From: an uncultured delta proteobacterium
GTDB lineage: Bacteria > Myxococcota_A > Polyangia > Polyangiales > JAFGIB01
Assembly (NCBI GenBank): GCA_963778655.1
Contig: CAVZVA010000009.1
Location: 512,001-576,000, forward strand
Direction: 5' to 3'
DNA: 64,000 nucleotides
How positions within the stretch are numbered: position 1 is the stretch's first letter; each line of letters opens with the position of its first letter. Position numbers and translations under genes: made by a program. Under the pieces are notes generated by a model. It had not been told where the DNA came from. It saw only the letters and a list, made by a program, of their open reading frames with translations, and ran no database searches. Of the stretch, positions 9,715 to 19,072 are shown in pieces.

Positions 9715-10446
9715 ATGGAAGACGCGCGCTACGAGCTCTACTACTGGCCGATGATTCAGGGACGTGGCGAGCTGATCCGCCTGCTGCTGGAGGACGCCGA
9801 TCAGTCGTACCTCGACGTCGCGCGCTTGCCGGAAGGCGAGGGTGGCGGCATGGCCGCGCTGCGCCGCGCGCTCGCGGAGACTCCGCTTGCGTTCGCGCCG
9901 CCGATCCTCAAGCACGGGTCGCAGGCCATCTCCCAGACCACCGAGATCTGCGCCTACCTGGCCAAACGCCACGGGCGCATGCCCGCGGGCGACGACGGCG
10001 AGCGCCAGGCCCGCCACCTCGTCGCGACGCTCTACGACTTCATCGTCGAGATCCACAACGTCCATCATCCCGTCGGCACTTCGCTCTACTACGAGGAACA
10101 GAAGCCCGAAGCGTTGCGCGCGGCCGGCGCCTTCTTGGAGCACCGCCTGCCCAAGTTCTTCGGCTTCTTCGAGCGCTGCCTGGCGCAGCAGCGCGGCGCC
10201 CAGCCGTGGCTGCTCGGCGATGCGCTCTGCTACGCGGACCTGTGGTTGTTCCAGACGGTGGAAGGCCTCTGCTACGCGTTCCCCAAGGCGCTGGCGAAAC
10301 GCCTGCCGAGGTACCCGCAGATTGCTCGCGCGCGCGACGCGGTGCGCGCGCGCCCGCGGCTTGCGCGCTATATCGAGTCCGAACGTCGCATTCCGTTCAA
10401 CCGGGACGGCCTGTTCCGGCACTACCCGGAGCTCGACCTCGGCTGA
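9715..10446 (+). CDS. Glutathione S-transferase
   Basis: YYWPMIQGRGELIRLLLE, FAPPIL, ISQT, FRHYPELD. Confidence 0.88.
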   Translation: MEDARYELYYWPMIQGRGELIRLLLEDADQSYLDVARLPEGEGGGMAALRRALAETPLAFAPPILKHGSQAISQTTEICAYLAKRHGRMPAGDDGERQARHLVATLYDFIVEIHNVHHPVGTSLYYEEQKPEALRAAGAFLEHRLPKFFGFFERCLAQQRGAQPWLLGDALCYADLWLFQTVEGLCYAFPKALAKRLPRYPQIARARDAVRARPRLARYIESERRIPFNRDGLFRHYPELDLG

Positions 10447-10477
10447 GCGGGTGTCGCGCCGCGCCGGCGCTGCGCGC

Positions 10478-11980
10478 TCAGGGGTCGCAGTATGCGACGC
10501 GCGCCAGGCTGAGCTCGCGCTTGGCGGCGACCGCGGGGACGTTCTTGGCGTCGAGCGCGAGCGGGGCGGAGTAGTCGCGCGCGGGGTCGGCCACGAACGC
10601 CCAGGCCAGGTCGCCGTCGGGCAGCACCGCGATGTCGTCGGGGCCGTTGGGCACCGCGGGGATGGTCGCGTCGGGAGTCAGGAAGTTGCCGTCCGCGTCG
10701 ATCAGACGCGCGTGGGTACCGGTGTAACGGCCAAAGCAGGTGGTGGGGCTGCACTGCAGGTCTTCGATGCTCTCCCAGGAGACGAAGATGCGGTCGCTGC
10801 CGTAGCGCGCCAGGTGCAGGCTGGTCTCGGCGACGTCGGGGGTCTCCAGCAGCCAGATGCGATCGCCGAGCGGGTGGTAGTCGGCGCCCAGCCGGATCAG
10901 CGCGATGTCGGTCGCCATCTTGGCCGCGCGCGGGCGCCCGCCGCCGCTGCCGCCCGTGCTCACGCCGCGCGAAAGCCAGCCGACCAGATAGCCTCCGTCG
11001 CTCAGCTTCACGACCGAGCCGAATCGACCCGCGCAGTAGCCGGCGGTCGTCATCTCCGGCGCGAGCTGAAGCGCCGGCATGCCCTCGATCACCAGGTCGA
11101 GCCCCGCAAAGGGCTGGCCGTCCGATATGCACAACGAGGTGAACACGTCCGCCTCGGGCAGCAGCCGGATGCCCTCGTTGATGCTGCAGTTCCAGCCCCA
11201 GCCGCCCGGCAAGTACGCGCCGCTGTCATCCGCATAGACCAGCTTGTCGGCGTAGTACGAGGCGTGCGGGTCGCCGGCGCAGCCGTGCACCGCGAAATAC
11301 GCGCCGTACTTGTGGCCGTTCCAGGCGAGCCGCCCCAGCAGCTCGGTGGAGCAGTCGCGCGCGTCGGGGTCCGCGGCCTGGGTGATGCTGGTGGTGCCGG
11401 TCAGCGCTGCCGCGAAGGCCTCGCGGCCACCGCGGTAGCGCACCAGCACGGCGGCCTTGCCCACCACGCCCGGCGCCGCCGCCGGGTCGGAGAGTGGCTC
11501 GCCCGGGTCGTCGCGGCGCGTGAGCAGGGCGAAGCCGTCGGGCTGCGCGACCAGGCCGCCGACGTCGACGCCGTCGACCTGCACGTCGCTGCCGGCTCGC
11601 GCGAGGGACGCGTCGAGCGGGGTCACGTGCACGGCGCCGCCCGCGTTGTCGAGCCAGGCCACCTGCGCGCTGCCGTCCGGCGCGATCGCGAGCGCGATGC
11701 GCTCGTCGCCCGCAAAGCCGTCATAGCCCCAGCGCTTGTAGCGGATGCCGGCGTTCACGCCGACCCGGCTCACCGTGATCCGCTGCGCGAGCGTGCCCGC
11801 ACAGCGGCTGGCCCCGGCGTCCGCGCCGGCATCGCGGCTGGCACCGGCGCCGCCGTCGCGCGCGGCCGGTGGCTCGCGCGCGGTCTGCGCGTAGCGCGTG
11901 CGCGAGCAGGCCGGCGCCGTGGCGGCCAGCGCCGCCAGCAGCGTCCAGCTCGTCACCCGGCATGCGCTTGCACGCGTCAT
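10478..11980 (-). CDS. Secreted lipoprotein of unknown function (last gene of ECF cassette)
   Basis: Signal peptide ending APAC, globular body; start 3 nt from upstream stop. Confidence 0.7.
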   Translation of the reverse strand: MTRASACRVTSWTLLAALAATAPACSRTRYAQTAREPPAARDGGAGASRDAGADAGASRCAGTLAQRITVSRVGVNAGIRYKRWGYDGFAGDERIALAIAPDGSAQVAWLDNAGGAVHVTPLDASLARAGSDVQVDGVDVGGLVAQPDGFALLTRRDDPGEPLSDPAAAPGVVGKAAVLVRYRGGREAFAAALTGTTSITQAADPDARDCSTELLGRLAWNGHKYGAYFAVHGCAGDPHASYYADKLVYADDSGAYLPGGWGWNCSINEGIRLLPEADVFTSLCISDGQPFAGLDLVIEGMPALQLAPEMTTAGYCAGRFGSVVKLSDGGYLVGWLSRGVSTGGSGGGRPRAAKMATDIALIRLGADYHPLGDRIWLLETPDVAETSLHLARYGSDRIFVSWESIEDLQCSPTTCFGRYTGTHARLIDADGNFLTPDATIPAVPNGPDDIAVLPDGDLAWAFVADPARDYSAPLALDAKNVPAVAAKRELSLARVAYCDP

Positions 11981-11982
11981 GG

Positions 11983-13017
11983 CTACAACCCGACCGCCAC
12001 GCCGGTGGAGAGCTGCCAGATCGCGAGCGCGAGCCGCGCCTGGTCGCGGCCCACCGCCACGCCCAGCCGCGGCGCCGGCAATAGCGCGCGCAGCGATGCG
12101 CAGAGCGACAGCCGCGTCAGCAGCCGCAGCTCGGCGTGGAGCCCGAGCCCGAGCAGCGCGGCCCACACCTGCCCGCTCTGTGCGATCAGCGGCTGCTCGG
12201 GCTGGCCCTGCGCTTGCAGGAATGCCGCCCCGAACGCGAGCGCGGGCGCGACGCGCAAGCGCCCGGCGCGCAGCACAGGCGCGCGCGCTTCCACGAAGCA
12301 CAGCTCCTCGCGCACCGATGCTCGGCCGCTCGCGGTGTCCAGCTCTTGCCCCAGCAGCGTGCCGTGCGCGAGCAGGCCGAGCTCCAGCGCAGCGAGCGGT
12401 CGGTACGCCACCCCCAGCATGGGCCCGAGTCCCAGCCCGAAGCGGCTGCCGGCGGCGAGCAGCGCCGCCTCCGCGGCCAGCGACCAGCGCGGCTCCGCGG
12501 GCGCGGCCAGCTCGATCGCGGCTTCGGGTGCGGGCTGCGGCTCGGCGCCGACCACGTCCTGGGGCGGCTTGTCGCCGGGCGCCAGCTCCTGCAGGCTGGC
12601 GCGCAGCAGGTCGACCGCGCGCACCGCGATCAGGCTAGCGGCGTCGCGGCTGTGGCTCACGTCCAAGCTGCGCATGCTGACCTTACCGGTGACGCGGTCG
12701 AGCAGCCACACGTCGAGCACGGCAGAGCCGTCGCGCTGGACGAAGGCGATGCTGGCGAATGCGCGCTGCTCGCGCGCGATCGCCTCGAGCGCGGACGCCG
12801 GATTGGGGCCCAGCTCCGCGTCCACCACCACGGTGTCGAAGTGGTGGATGCGCAGCTCGGCCCCGAGCCGATTGAAAGCGTCGGTGAGCTCGGGGTCGCG
12901 CGCCTGGGGCCGCACCAGCACCACCGGTTGTGCCAGTGCCTGGCGCGCGATCGCGCAGCCCAGCAGCACCACGGTCGCGGCGAGCCGCACGCGGCTCACC
13001 GCGCTCGCCGGCGGCAA
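11983..13017 (-). CDS. Hypothetical exported, possibly outer-membrane protein
   Basis: Signal peptide, AVRAVDLLRASL segment, amphipathic beta-strand C-terminus; typical position after FecR genes in myxobacteria. Confidence 0.65.
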   Translation of the reverse strand: MPPASAVSRVRLAATVVLLGCAIARQALAQPVVLVRPQARDPELTDAFNRLGAELRIHHFDTVVVDAELGPNPASALEAIAREQRAFASIAFVQRDGSAVLDVWLLDRVTGKVSMRSLDVSHSRDAASLIAVRAVDLLRASLQELAPGDKPPQDVVGAEPQPAPEAAIELAAPAEPRWSLAAEAALLAAGSRFGLGLGPMLGVAYRPLAALELGLLAHGTLLGQELDTASGRASVREELCFVEARAPVLRAGRLRVAPALAFGAAFLQAQGQPEQPLIAQSGQVWAALLGLGLHAELRLLTRLSLCASLRALLPAPRLGVAVGRDQARLALAIWQLSTGVAVGL

Positions 13018-13143
13018 TCGCGCCCGCGGGCGCGGCGGGCGCGCGGGCCCCGCCCGCGCGGGGGCGCGGCGGCCACGCCGCAGGAGCGCGGCGCGCGGAC
13101 AGCGCGCGCGATGGGGTCGCCTGGTCGCGGCATGCTCCGCGGC

Positions 13144-14502
13144 TCAGTGTAGACCAAGCAGGTGCCGGGCTGCTTCGGCATGCACGCCTGCGGGATAGCG
13201 CTGCAGATACTGGCGCGCCAGGGGTCGGGCCGCCGCGTTGTCCCCCAGGCTGATTGCGGCGCGCATGCGACCCGCGAGCGAGTCCGCGGCCAGCTCTCCG
13301 TCGGGGGCTTCGTCGAGGTAGACGCGATACCAGCGATCGGCCTCGCGGGGCCGGCCTGCGGATTCCTCGGTGCGGCCGAGCAGAAAGGCCGCGGCCGCGC
13401 TGTGCCGGGTGCCGGCAAAGCGCGCGCGTAGCGCGAGCAAGGCGCGCTCGGCCACCTGCGTGTGATCGGTGTAGCGGGCCGCGTCCGCCAGCGCCCGCGC
13501 GCTCTGCGCGCCGCACGAGGCGAGGCTCTCCTCCACCCCGCGCGCAAGCGCGGCCTCGACCACGGCCTGAAACTCCCCCCGCCGCACCAGCTCCGGCCAC
13601 TGCTCGGGCCCAGCCGGCTTCGCGCTTCGCGCGCGCTCGTCCGCGCCCGCCCGCGCGATCCCGCCGCCCTTGCCCTCCAAGTCCCGCGCGCCCCCACCGG
13701 CAGCGGTAGCCGTGGTCGCAGCCGCAGTCGTGGTTGTGGTCGCAGGTGTGGTCGTGCTCGTGGTCGTAGGCGTCCCGGTGCTCGTCCCCGTCCCCGTCGG
13801 CGTGGTCGTCCCCGACTGCCCGCGCGCCTCCGTCCTGGCGGCCTCGAGCTTGAGCGTCGACTGGCGGACCGACGCACGGAAGCGCTGTCCGGCGCGCACC
13901 GTCAGATGGTCCGGGCCGACCGGGCTCTCGACCTCCACCGAGCCCTCCTGCAGCGTGAGGTCGATCGCTTCGGCCGCCGGATCCCAGCTGATGGTGAAGC
14001 GCGTGCCCGTCACGCGCACCTCGAACGGACCCGCGATCAAGAGCCACTCGGCCCCCGGCCGGTGCACCACGTGCGCAGCGGCAGTGCCGCGCTCGACCAG
14101 CAGGCGCGCGCCGTTGCTGCGCACCGCGTCGATGCGCAGGCGTGCGCTCGGCTGCGCGTCGAATTCCGAGCCGTCGGAGAAGCGCAACGTGGCCGGCGCG
14201 TCGGGCGGCGCGTCGAGGTAGCGCGCGGCGACCTCTCCGCCATCGATCCGGTAACGCAGCGGCTGCTGGCGCAGCACCAGCGCGCTCCACAGGCCGAGCG
14301 CGAGCGCGGCTGCGACCGCGGCGGCACCGATCAGCGCGGGCGCGAGCTTCCCCCGCGCGGCCTCGCGCGCGGGCGGCGTCGCATCGATCACCCGCTGGCG
14401 GCCCGCCGCGTGCAGCGCGGGATCGACCGGTGCGCAGGCCGCCCTGCGCGCCAGCTCGAGCAGCGGCGCCATCCCGTCGGGGTCGTGCTCGCCGTCACGC
14501 AT
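13144..14502 (-). CDS. FecR-domain anti-sigma factor with C-terminal TPR
   Basis: TM helix, LRFSDGS, VRVTGTRF, EGSVEV; Thr-rich linker; TPR ending YLQRYPAGVHA; overlaps sigma gene. Confidence 0.85.
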   Translation of the reverse strand: MRDGEHDPDGMAPLLELARRAACAPVDPALHAAGRQRVIDATPPAREAARGKLAPALIGAAAVAAALALGLWSALVLRQQPLRYRIDGGEVAARYLDAPPDAPATLRFSDGSEFDAQPSARLRIDAVRSNGARLLVERGTAAAHVVHRPGAEWLLIAGPFEVRVTGTRFTISWDPAAEAIDLTLQEGSVEVESPVGPDHLTVRAGQRFRASVRQSTLKLEAARTEARGQSGTTTPTGTGTSTGTPTTTSTTTPATTTTTAAATTATAAGGGARDLEGKGGGIARAGADERARSAKPAGPEQWPELVRRGEFQAVVEAALARGVEESLASCGAQSARALADAARYTDHTQVAERALLALRARFAGTRHSAAAAFLLGRTEESAGRPREADRWYRVYLDEAPDGELAADSLAGRMRAAISLGDNAAARPLARQYLQRYPAGVHAEAARHLLGLH

Positions 14503-15136
14503 GGTCGTCGCGCTCCAAAGGGTGCACGTACGCGCTCAGCGCCGGCTCGTCCCGCCGTGCGCGCTCGAGGATTTCGCGGCGCGCGCGCGCGACCTCGCGC
14601 TTGATGGTGGATTCCGAGACCTCGAGGATCCGCGCGCTCTCGGTGACCTCGAAGCCCTGGACGTGACGCAGCACGAAGGCCAGCCGGCGCCGCGGTGGCA
14701 TGCGGTCGAGCACGCGGTAGAGCGCGCGCAGCGCTTCGGCACCCTCGACATCGTCGGCGGCGACGCGGCCTTCGGGCACCTGATCGTCGGGCGCGAGCGT
14801 GACCCAGCGGCGCACCCGGCGGCGGCGCAGCTCGACCAGGATCAGGCGCCTCGCGATCGCGACCAGGTAGGGCCGCAACGCTTCCCCCGAGCGCAGCGCG
14901 CCGGCCCGGCGCACGAACGCGACGAACACCTCCTGCAGCAGATCCTCGATCGCGGCGTCGATCCCGAAGCCGGCGCGCAACACGCTGCGAACCAGCGCGG
15001 AGTAGCGGTCCCAGACCACGCCCACGGCCTGGGCCTGGCCCTGGGCAATGGCGTGCACGAGCTCCGCGTCGCTGAGCCGATCGCGGGGGAACGGGGAGAC
15101 CGAGGTTTTCGCTCGCTTGAGGGGAGAGGGACCCAT
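14495..15136 (-). CDS. ECF RNA polymerase sigma factor
   Basis: EDLLQEVF (region 2), region 4 HTH ...ESARILEVSESTIKREVARAR. Confidence 0.9.
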   Translation of the reverse strand: MGPSPLKRAKTSVSPFPRDRLSDAELVHAIAQGQAQAVGVVWDRYSALVRSVLRAGFGIDAAIEDLLQEVFVAFVRRAGALRSGEALRPYLVAIARRLILVELRRRRVRRWVTLAPDDQVPEGRVAADDVEGAEALRALYRVLDRMPPRRRLAFVLRHVQGFEVTESARILEVSESTIKREVARARREILERARRDEPALSAYVHPLERDDHA

Positions 15137-15280
15137 CGCGCAATTTGCAGTTGTTCGAGCCGCCCGAGGCGGCTCACAAAAAGGGTAGACCTACATGGGC
15201 GTCGATGGCGCCGAAAGAGCGCGGCGGTCGATTGCGCGGGGGATCGGGTACTAATTTCGGTACTGCCGGTGGCTGCCGGA

Positions 15281-15330
15281 CCAAATGACCGATCGGGATG
15301 GCCGTTCCCGAATCGTGATCGGTCATCTAG
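15281..15330. repeat. Palindromic dispersed repeat, copy 1
   Basis: ATGACCGATC (15285-15294) ... GATCGGTCAT (15317-15326); similar copy at 44917-44974. Confidence 0.75.
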
Positions 15331-15513
15331 GGGGTGTCCCTGATTCCGGTGCCGCAGCGAGCCCAAAAGGCGCGAGCGATATCGGCGCGCACGTAGCGCG
15401 AGCAGCACAGGCGCATTTGAGGTACGGCGCAGGGGAGCTCGAGCCCACCAAGCCAATCCGCGGTACCCGGTGGCCGGCCGGGTCCGAGATGCGGCGGTGG
15501 CGGCGACTCAGAC

Positions 15514-16842
15514 TCAGATGCCGTGCGCGTTGGGATCGGTGAGCGGGCTCGGCGCGTCGGGGTGGAGCACCGCGTGCGAGTCGCTCGCGGCCGCGATGTA
15601 GATCCCGCGGGCCATCAGCGCGCTCTCGGCCTGAGCGCGCTGGCGGTAGATCTCGTAGCGCGCCGCGTGCGCGTCGCGGTCCTCGGGCGCGGCCTGAACG
15701 GCGAGCTCGACCAGCTCGCAGGCCAGGCGCAGCTCGCCGCTCGCCAGCAGCTCGCGTGCGCGCCGTGCCAGCGCCGCCGCGCCGCCGCCCAGCGCCGCGA
15801 GCTCGCGCGCGAGCGCCGCCTGCGACGCGGGCTTGAGCCGCGCGGGATTGCCGTCGTGCCAGCCGCCGTAGAGCCGCCACACGTTGCGCACCACGAACTC
15901 CGGATCGTCGTAGACCGGCTTCAGGTAGGGTTTGTCGAGCAGCGCCTGCTCCACGCGTACTTCGTGCAGGATCGCATCGAGCGTCGCACCCTGGTTCATG
16001 CGCTGCAGGGTGCGCTCGACCAGCTGCTCGAGCGCCTGTGCCACGTCGGAAAGCGCGCGCGCGATGCGCTCGCGGCCGGCGATCGGCAGCCCGTGGGCGG
16101 GCACCAGCAACTCGGGCTGCTGCGCGATCATGCGCCGCAGCGCGCCGGCCCACTCCAGTGGATAGCGTTGCACCTTCTGCGGGTTGCCCGCGTTGGGGAA
16201 GGCCCAGATGAAGAAGTCCCCGCAGCAGATCGCCTTGTGCTGCGGCAGCCATGCCCACAGGTGGTCATCGGTCTCGCCGCGCGCGTGGTACAGCTCGATG
16301 CGCTCGCCGCCCACCTCGATCGCCAGCGCGTCGTCGAGCGTCAGGCTAGGCGCAGGCGTGCCCGAAGGCAGGAAGCTCTCTGGCGCGGCGTCCTGCGTGC
16401 CACCGAACTGGCGCTGGTTGATCAGCAGGTTGTAGCCGTTGGTGCGATCGTAGCGGGCAAAGCGCGCCGCCACATTGCGGTGACCGATCACACGTGGCAA
16501 GGGGTGCCCGCGCTGCGCGCCGTCCGCGAGCAGCGCGACCGCGCCGCCCACGTGGTCGACGTGACCGTGCGTGTAGACCACGCTGTGTACCGGCTGCTCG
16601 CTAAAGCGGCGCAGCGAGCGCACTACCTCGGCGCCCGTGAACTTGCCGCTGGTGTCGAACAGCACCAGGCCCTCGCCGGTCTGCAGGCACACCACGTTGG
16701 AGAACGATTCGATCAGCGACAGCCCGTCTGTTAGCTCGCTGAGTTGTTGCGTGATGCGGAACGGCGACGCCAGCAGCGTCCCCTGATCGATGATCGCGGC
16801 GGATAGCTCGAGGATGTCGGTCACTTCGCGGTCATAGCGCAA
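15514..16842 (-). CDS. Alkyl/aryl sulfatase, metallo-beta-lactamase fold
   Basis: THGHVDHVGG, GETDDH, FPNAGNPQKVQR, YGGWHDGNPARL dimerisation domain. Confidence 0.85.
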   Translation of the reverse strand: MRYDREVTDILELSAAIIDQGTLLASPFRITQQLSELTDGLSLIESFSNVVCLQTGEGLVLFDTSGKFTGAEVVRSLRRFSEQPVHSVVYTHGHVDHVGGAVALLADGAQRGHPLPRVIGHRNVAARFARYDRTNGYNLLINQRQFGGTQDAAPESFLPSGTPAPSLTLDDALAIEVGGERIELYHARGETDDHLWAWLPQHKAICCGDFFIWAFPNAGNPQKVQRYPLEWAGALRRMIAQQPELLVPAHGLPIAGRERIARALSDVAQALEQLVERTLQRMNQGATLDAILHEVRVEQALLDKPYLKPVYDDPEFVVRNVWRLYGGWHDGNPARLKPASQAALARELAALGGGAAALARRARELLASGELRLACELVELAVQAAPEDRDAHAARYEIYRQRAQAESALMARGIYIAAASDSHAVLHPDAPSPLTDPNAHGI

Positions 16843-17006
16843 ATCACCGGCGCTGCCGAGCGCGCCCGCGGCGCCGGGCGGGTCTCTCCGTCCGCGACCT
16901 GTGCGCGTCCGCCGTGCACTGCCGCCCGCTGCTCGCCCGCGCGCAACGTGGCAGTCGTTGGCAGCGCGGGCTTGCGAGGCTCGCGCCCGTGCGCACGTCT
17001 AACGGG

Positions 17007-17915
17007 ATGAAGGTCGGCATCGTCGGACTGGGCTGGGTCGGCTCGAGCGTCGCGATCTCGACGTTGCAGCTGGGCGTGGCCGGCGAGCTGTTGCTCGCGG
17101 ACCACAAGCCCGGTCTGGCCGAGGGCGAGGCCATGGACCTGGCGCAGGGCGCGTCGTTCTATCCGACGGCGCGGGTGCGTGCTGCGAGCCTGGCCGAGCT
17201 GACGTCGGCGGACGCGGTGGTGATCGCGGCCGGACGGGGGGGTAAACCCGACGAGTCGCGCCTCGAGCTGCTGCGCGACAATGCGGCCACGGTCTCGAGC
17301 GTGGCTCGGTCGCTCGCAGGGCTGCGCGGAATCCTGGTGGTGGTGACCAACCCGGTCGACATCATGACGCAGATCGCGGTCGAAGCGTCCGGCTTGCCGC
17401 CGGGCCGGGTGATCGGCACCGGCACCATGCTGGACACCGCGCGCCTGCGCCAGGTGCTGGCGCGAGAGCTCCGGCTCGAGCCGCGCTCGATCCACGCGCA
17501 GGTGGTCGGAGAGCACGGCGATTCCGAGGTCGTGCTGTGGTCGTCGGCCCAGGTCGGCGGCGTTCCAGTGCGCGATTGGCAGGGCTGGAGCCCGCAGCGC
17601 GAGCGTGCGATCGCCGAGGAAGTACGCCGCGCCGCCTACGAGATCATCGCTCGCAAAGGCGCGACCAACCATGCCATCGGGCTGGTGACTGCAGCCCTGC
17701 TGCGCTGGAGCTTGCGTGGCGAGCGCCGTGTGCTGACGATCTCGCGGCTGCAGGAAGGCGCCTTCGGCTTGCACGGCGTGGCGCTCTCGCTGCCCGCGAT
17801 CGTGGGCGCGCAGGGCGTCGAGCAGGTGCTCGAGCCCAGGCTGAGCGCGGACGAGCGCGAGGCCTTGCTACGCTCCGCCGAGGTGCTGCGACAGGCGCGC
17901 GCGGCCATGGCTTGA
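17007..17915 (+). CDS. ldh: NAD-dependent L-lactate dehydrogenase family
   Basis: GLGWVG, ESRLELL, VTNPVD, GTMLDTARL, VGEHGDS, IIARKGAT. Confidence 0.8.
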   Translation: MKVGIVGLGWVGSSVAISTLQLGVAGELLLADHKPGLAEGEAMDLAQGASFYPTARVRAASLAELTSADAVVIAAGRGGKPDESRLELLRDNAATVSSVARSLAGLRGILVVVTNPVDIMTQIAVEASGLPPGRVIGTGTMLDTARLRQVLARELRLEPRSIHAQVVGEHGDSEVVLWSSAQVGGVPVRDWQGWSPQRERAIAEEVRRAAYEIIARKGATNHAIGLVTAALLRWSLRGERRVLTISRLQEGAFGLHGVALSLPAIVGAQGVEQVLEPRLSADEREALLRSAEVLRQARAAMA

Positions 17916-18013
17916 GCCGTCCCCGTCGCGCTGGCGCGCAGGAGGCGCGCTTGCAAGGCTCGCGCCGGCGCGTACTTGAGGCTCGACGTATTGCCGCTCA
18001 GGGCGCGAGGTGC

Positions 18014-19054
18014 ATGATGAAAGCCTTTCAATTGACCGGCTGGCAAAAGACGCCGGAGCTGCGCGACGTCGCCGAGCCGCGCCCCGGGTCGGGTGAGGTG
18101 CTGCTGCGCGTCACCGCGGCCGGTGCCTGCCATTCGGATCTGCACCTGATGGACTGGCCGGCGGGCATGCTGCCGTGGAAGCTGCCGTTCACGCTCGGAC
18201 ACGAGACCGTGGGCATCGTCGAGGAGCTGGGGCCGGGGGTCGAGGGAATCGCAAAGGGCATGGCGTACGCGGTGTACGGGCCATGGGGCTGCGGCAGCTG
18301 CCGTCCGTGCCGCCTCGGGCGCGAGAACTACTGCGACCACGCCGCGGAGCTGGGGGCGGCCGGTGCCGGGCTCGGGCGCAACGGCGGGATGGCCGAGTAC
18401 ATGCTGGTTCCCTCCGCGCGCTGGCTCGTGCCCATCGGCGGCCTCGACCCGGTGCAGGCGGCACCGCTGGGGGACGCCGCGCTGACGCCCTACCACGCCA
18501 TCAAGCGCGCCCTGCCGCGCATCGAGCCCGGCGCCGCCATCGTGGTCATCGGCGTCGGAGGCCTCGGACACATGGCGCTGCAGTTGCTGAACGCGCTCAC
18601 CGCCGCGCGCGTCATCGCAGTGGACACCGCCGAGGACAAGCTCGAGCTCGCCCGCACGCTCGGCGCGCACGCCACGCTCAAGCCCTCGGGCAACGCCGGC
18701 GCGGCGTTGCGCGAGCTGACCGGCGGCCGGGGCGCCGCGCTGGTGCTCGACTGCGTCGGCAGCGAGGCGACGCTCGCGTTCGGCGCGCAGGCGTTGCGCG
18801 CGGAGGGGCAGCTCACCGTGATCGGGCTTGCGATGGGCACGCTGCCGCTCAACTTCTTCGCCGTGCCGTACGGCGCGTCGGTGTCGACCAGCTACTGGGG
18901 CACGCTCCCGGAGCTGATGGAGGTGCTGAGCCTGGCCGAAGCCGGCGCGATTCGCGTGCACACCGAATCCTTTCCGCTGGACGAGGCGCTCGCGACCTAC
19001 GGGCGGCTGCGCTCCGGCCAGATCAGCGGCCGCGCCGTGATCGTTCCGCGCTGA
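18014..19054 (+). CDS. Zn-dependent NAD(P) alcohol dehydrogenase
   Basis: CHSDLH, GHE, CGSCRPC..C structural Zn site, GVGGLG. Confidence 0.92.
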   Translation: MMKAFQLTGWQKTPELRDVAEPRPGSGEVLLRVTAAGACHSDLHLMDWPAGMLPWKLPFTLGHETVGIVEELGPGVEGIAKGMAYAVYGPWGCGSCRPCRLGRENYCDHAAELGAAGAGLGRNGGMAEYMLVPSARWLVPIGGLDPVQAAPLGDAALTPYHAIKRALPRIEPGAAIVVIGVGGLGHMALQLLNALTAARVIAVDTAEDKLELARTLGAHATLKPSGNAGAALRELTGGRGAALVLDCVGSEATLAFGAQALRAEGQLTVIGLAMGTLPLNFFAVPYGASVSTSYWGTLPELMEVLSLAEAGAIRVHTESFPLDEALATYGRLRSGQISGRAVIVPR

Positions 19055-19072
19055 GCGCGCGGCTACGAGTCG

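Noticed and set aside
9842..13198. 1118-aa plus-strand ORF (and similar long ORFs such as 20729..23293, 1999..4140, 57640..59622)
   Set aside because: Arg/Ala-rich shadow frames antisense to or overlapping motif-bearing genes; expected at this GC content
13700..13810. Unusual GTG/GTC-rich stretch
   Set aside because: Explained by the Thr-rich linker of the FecR protein
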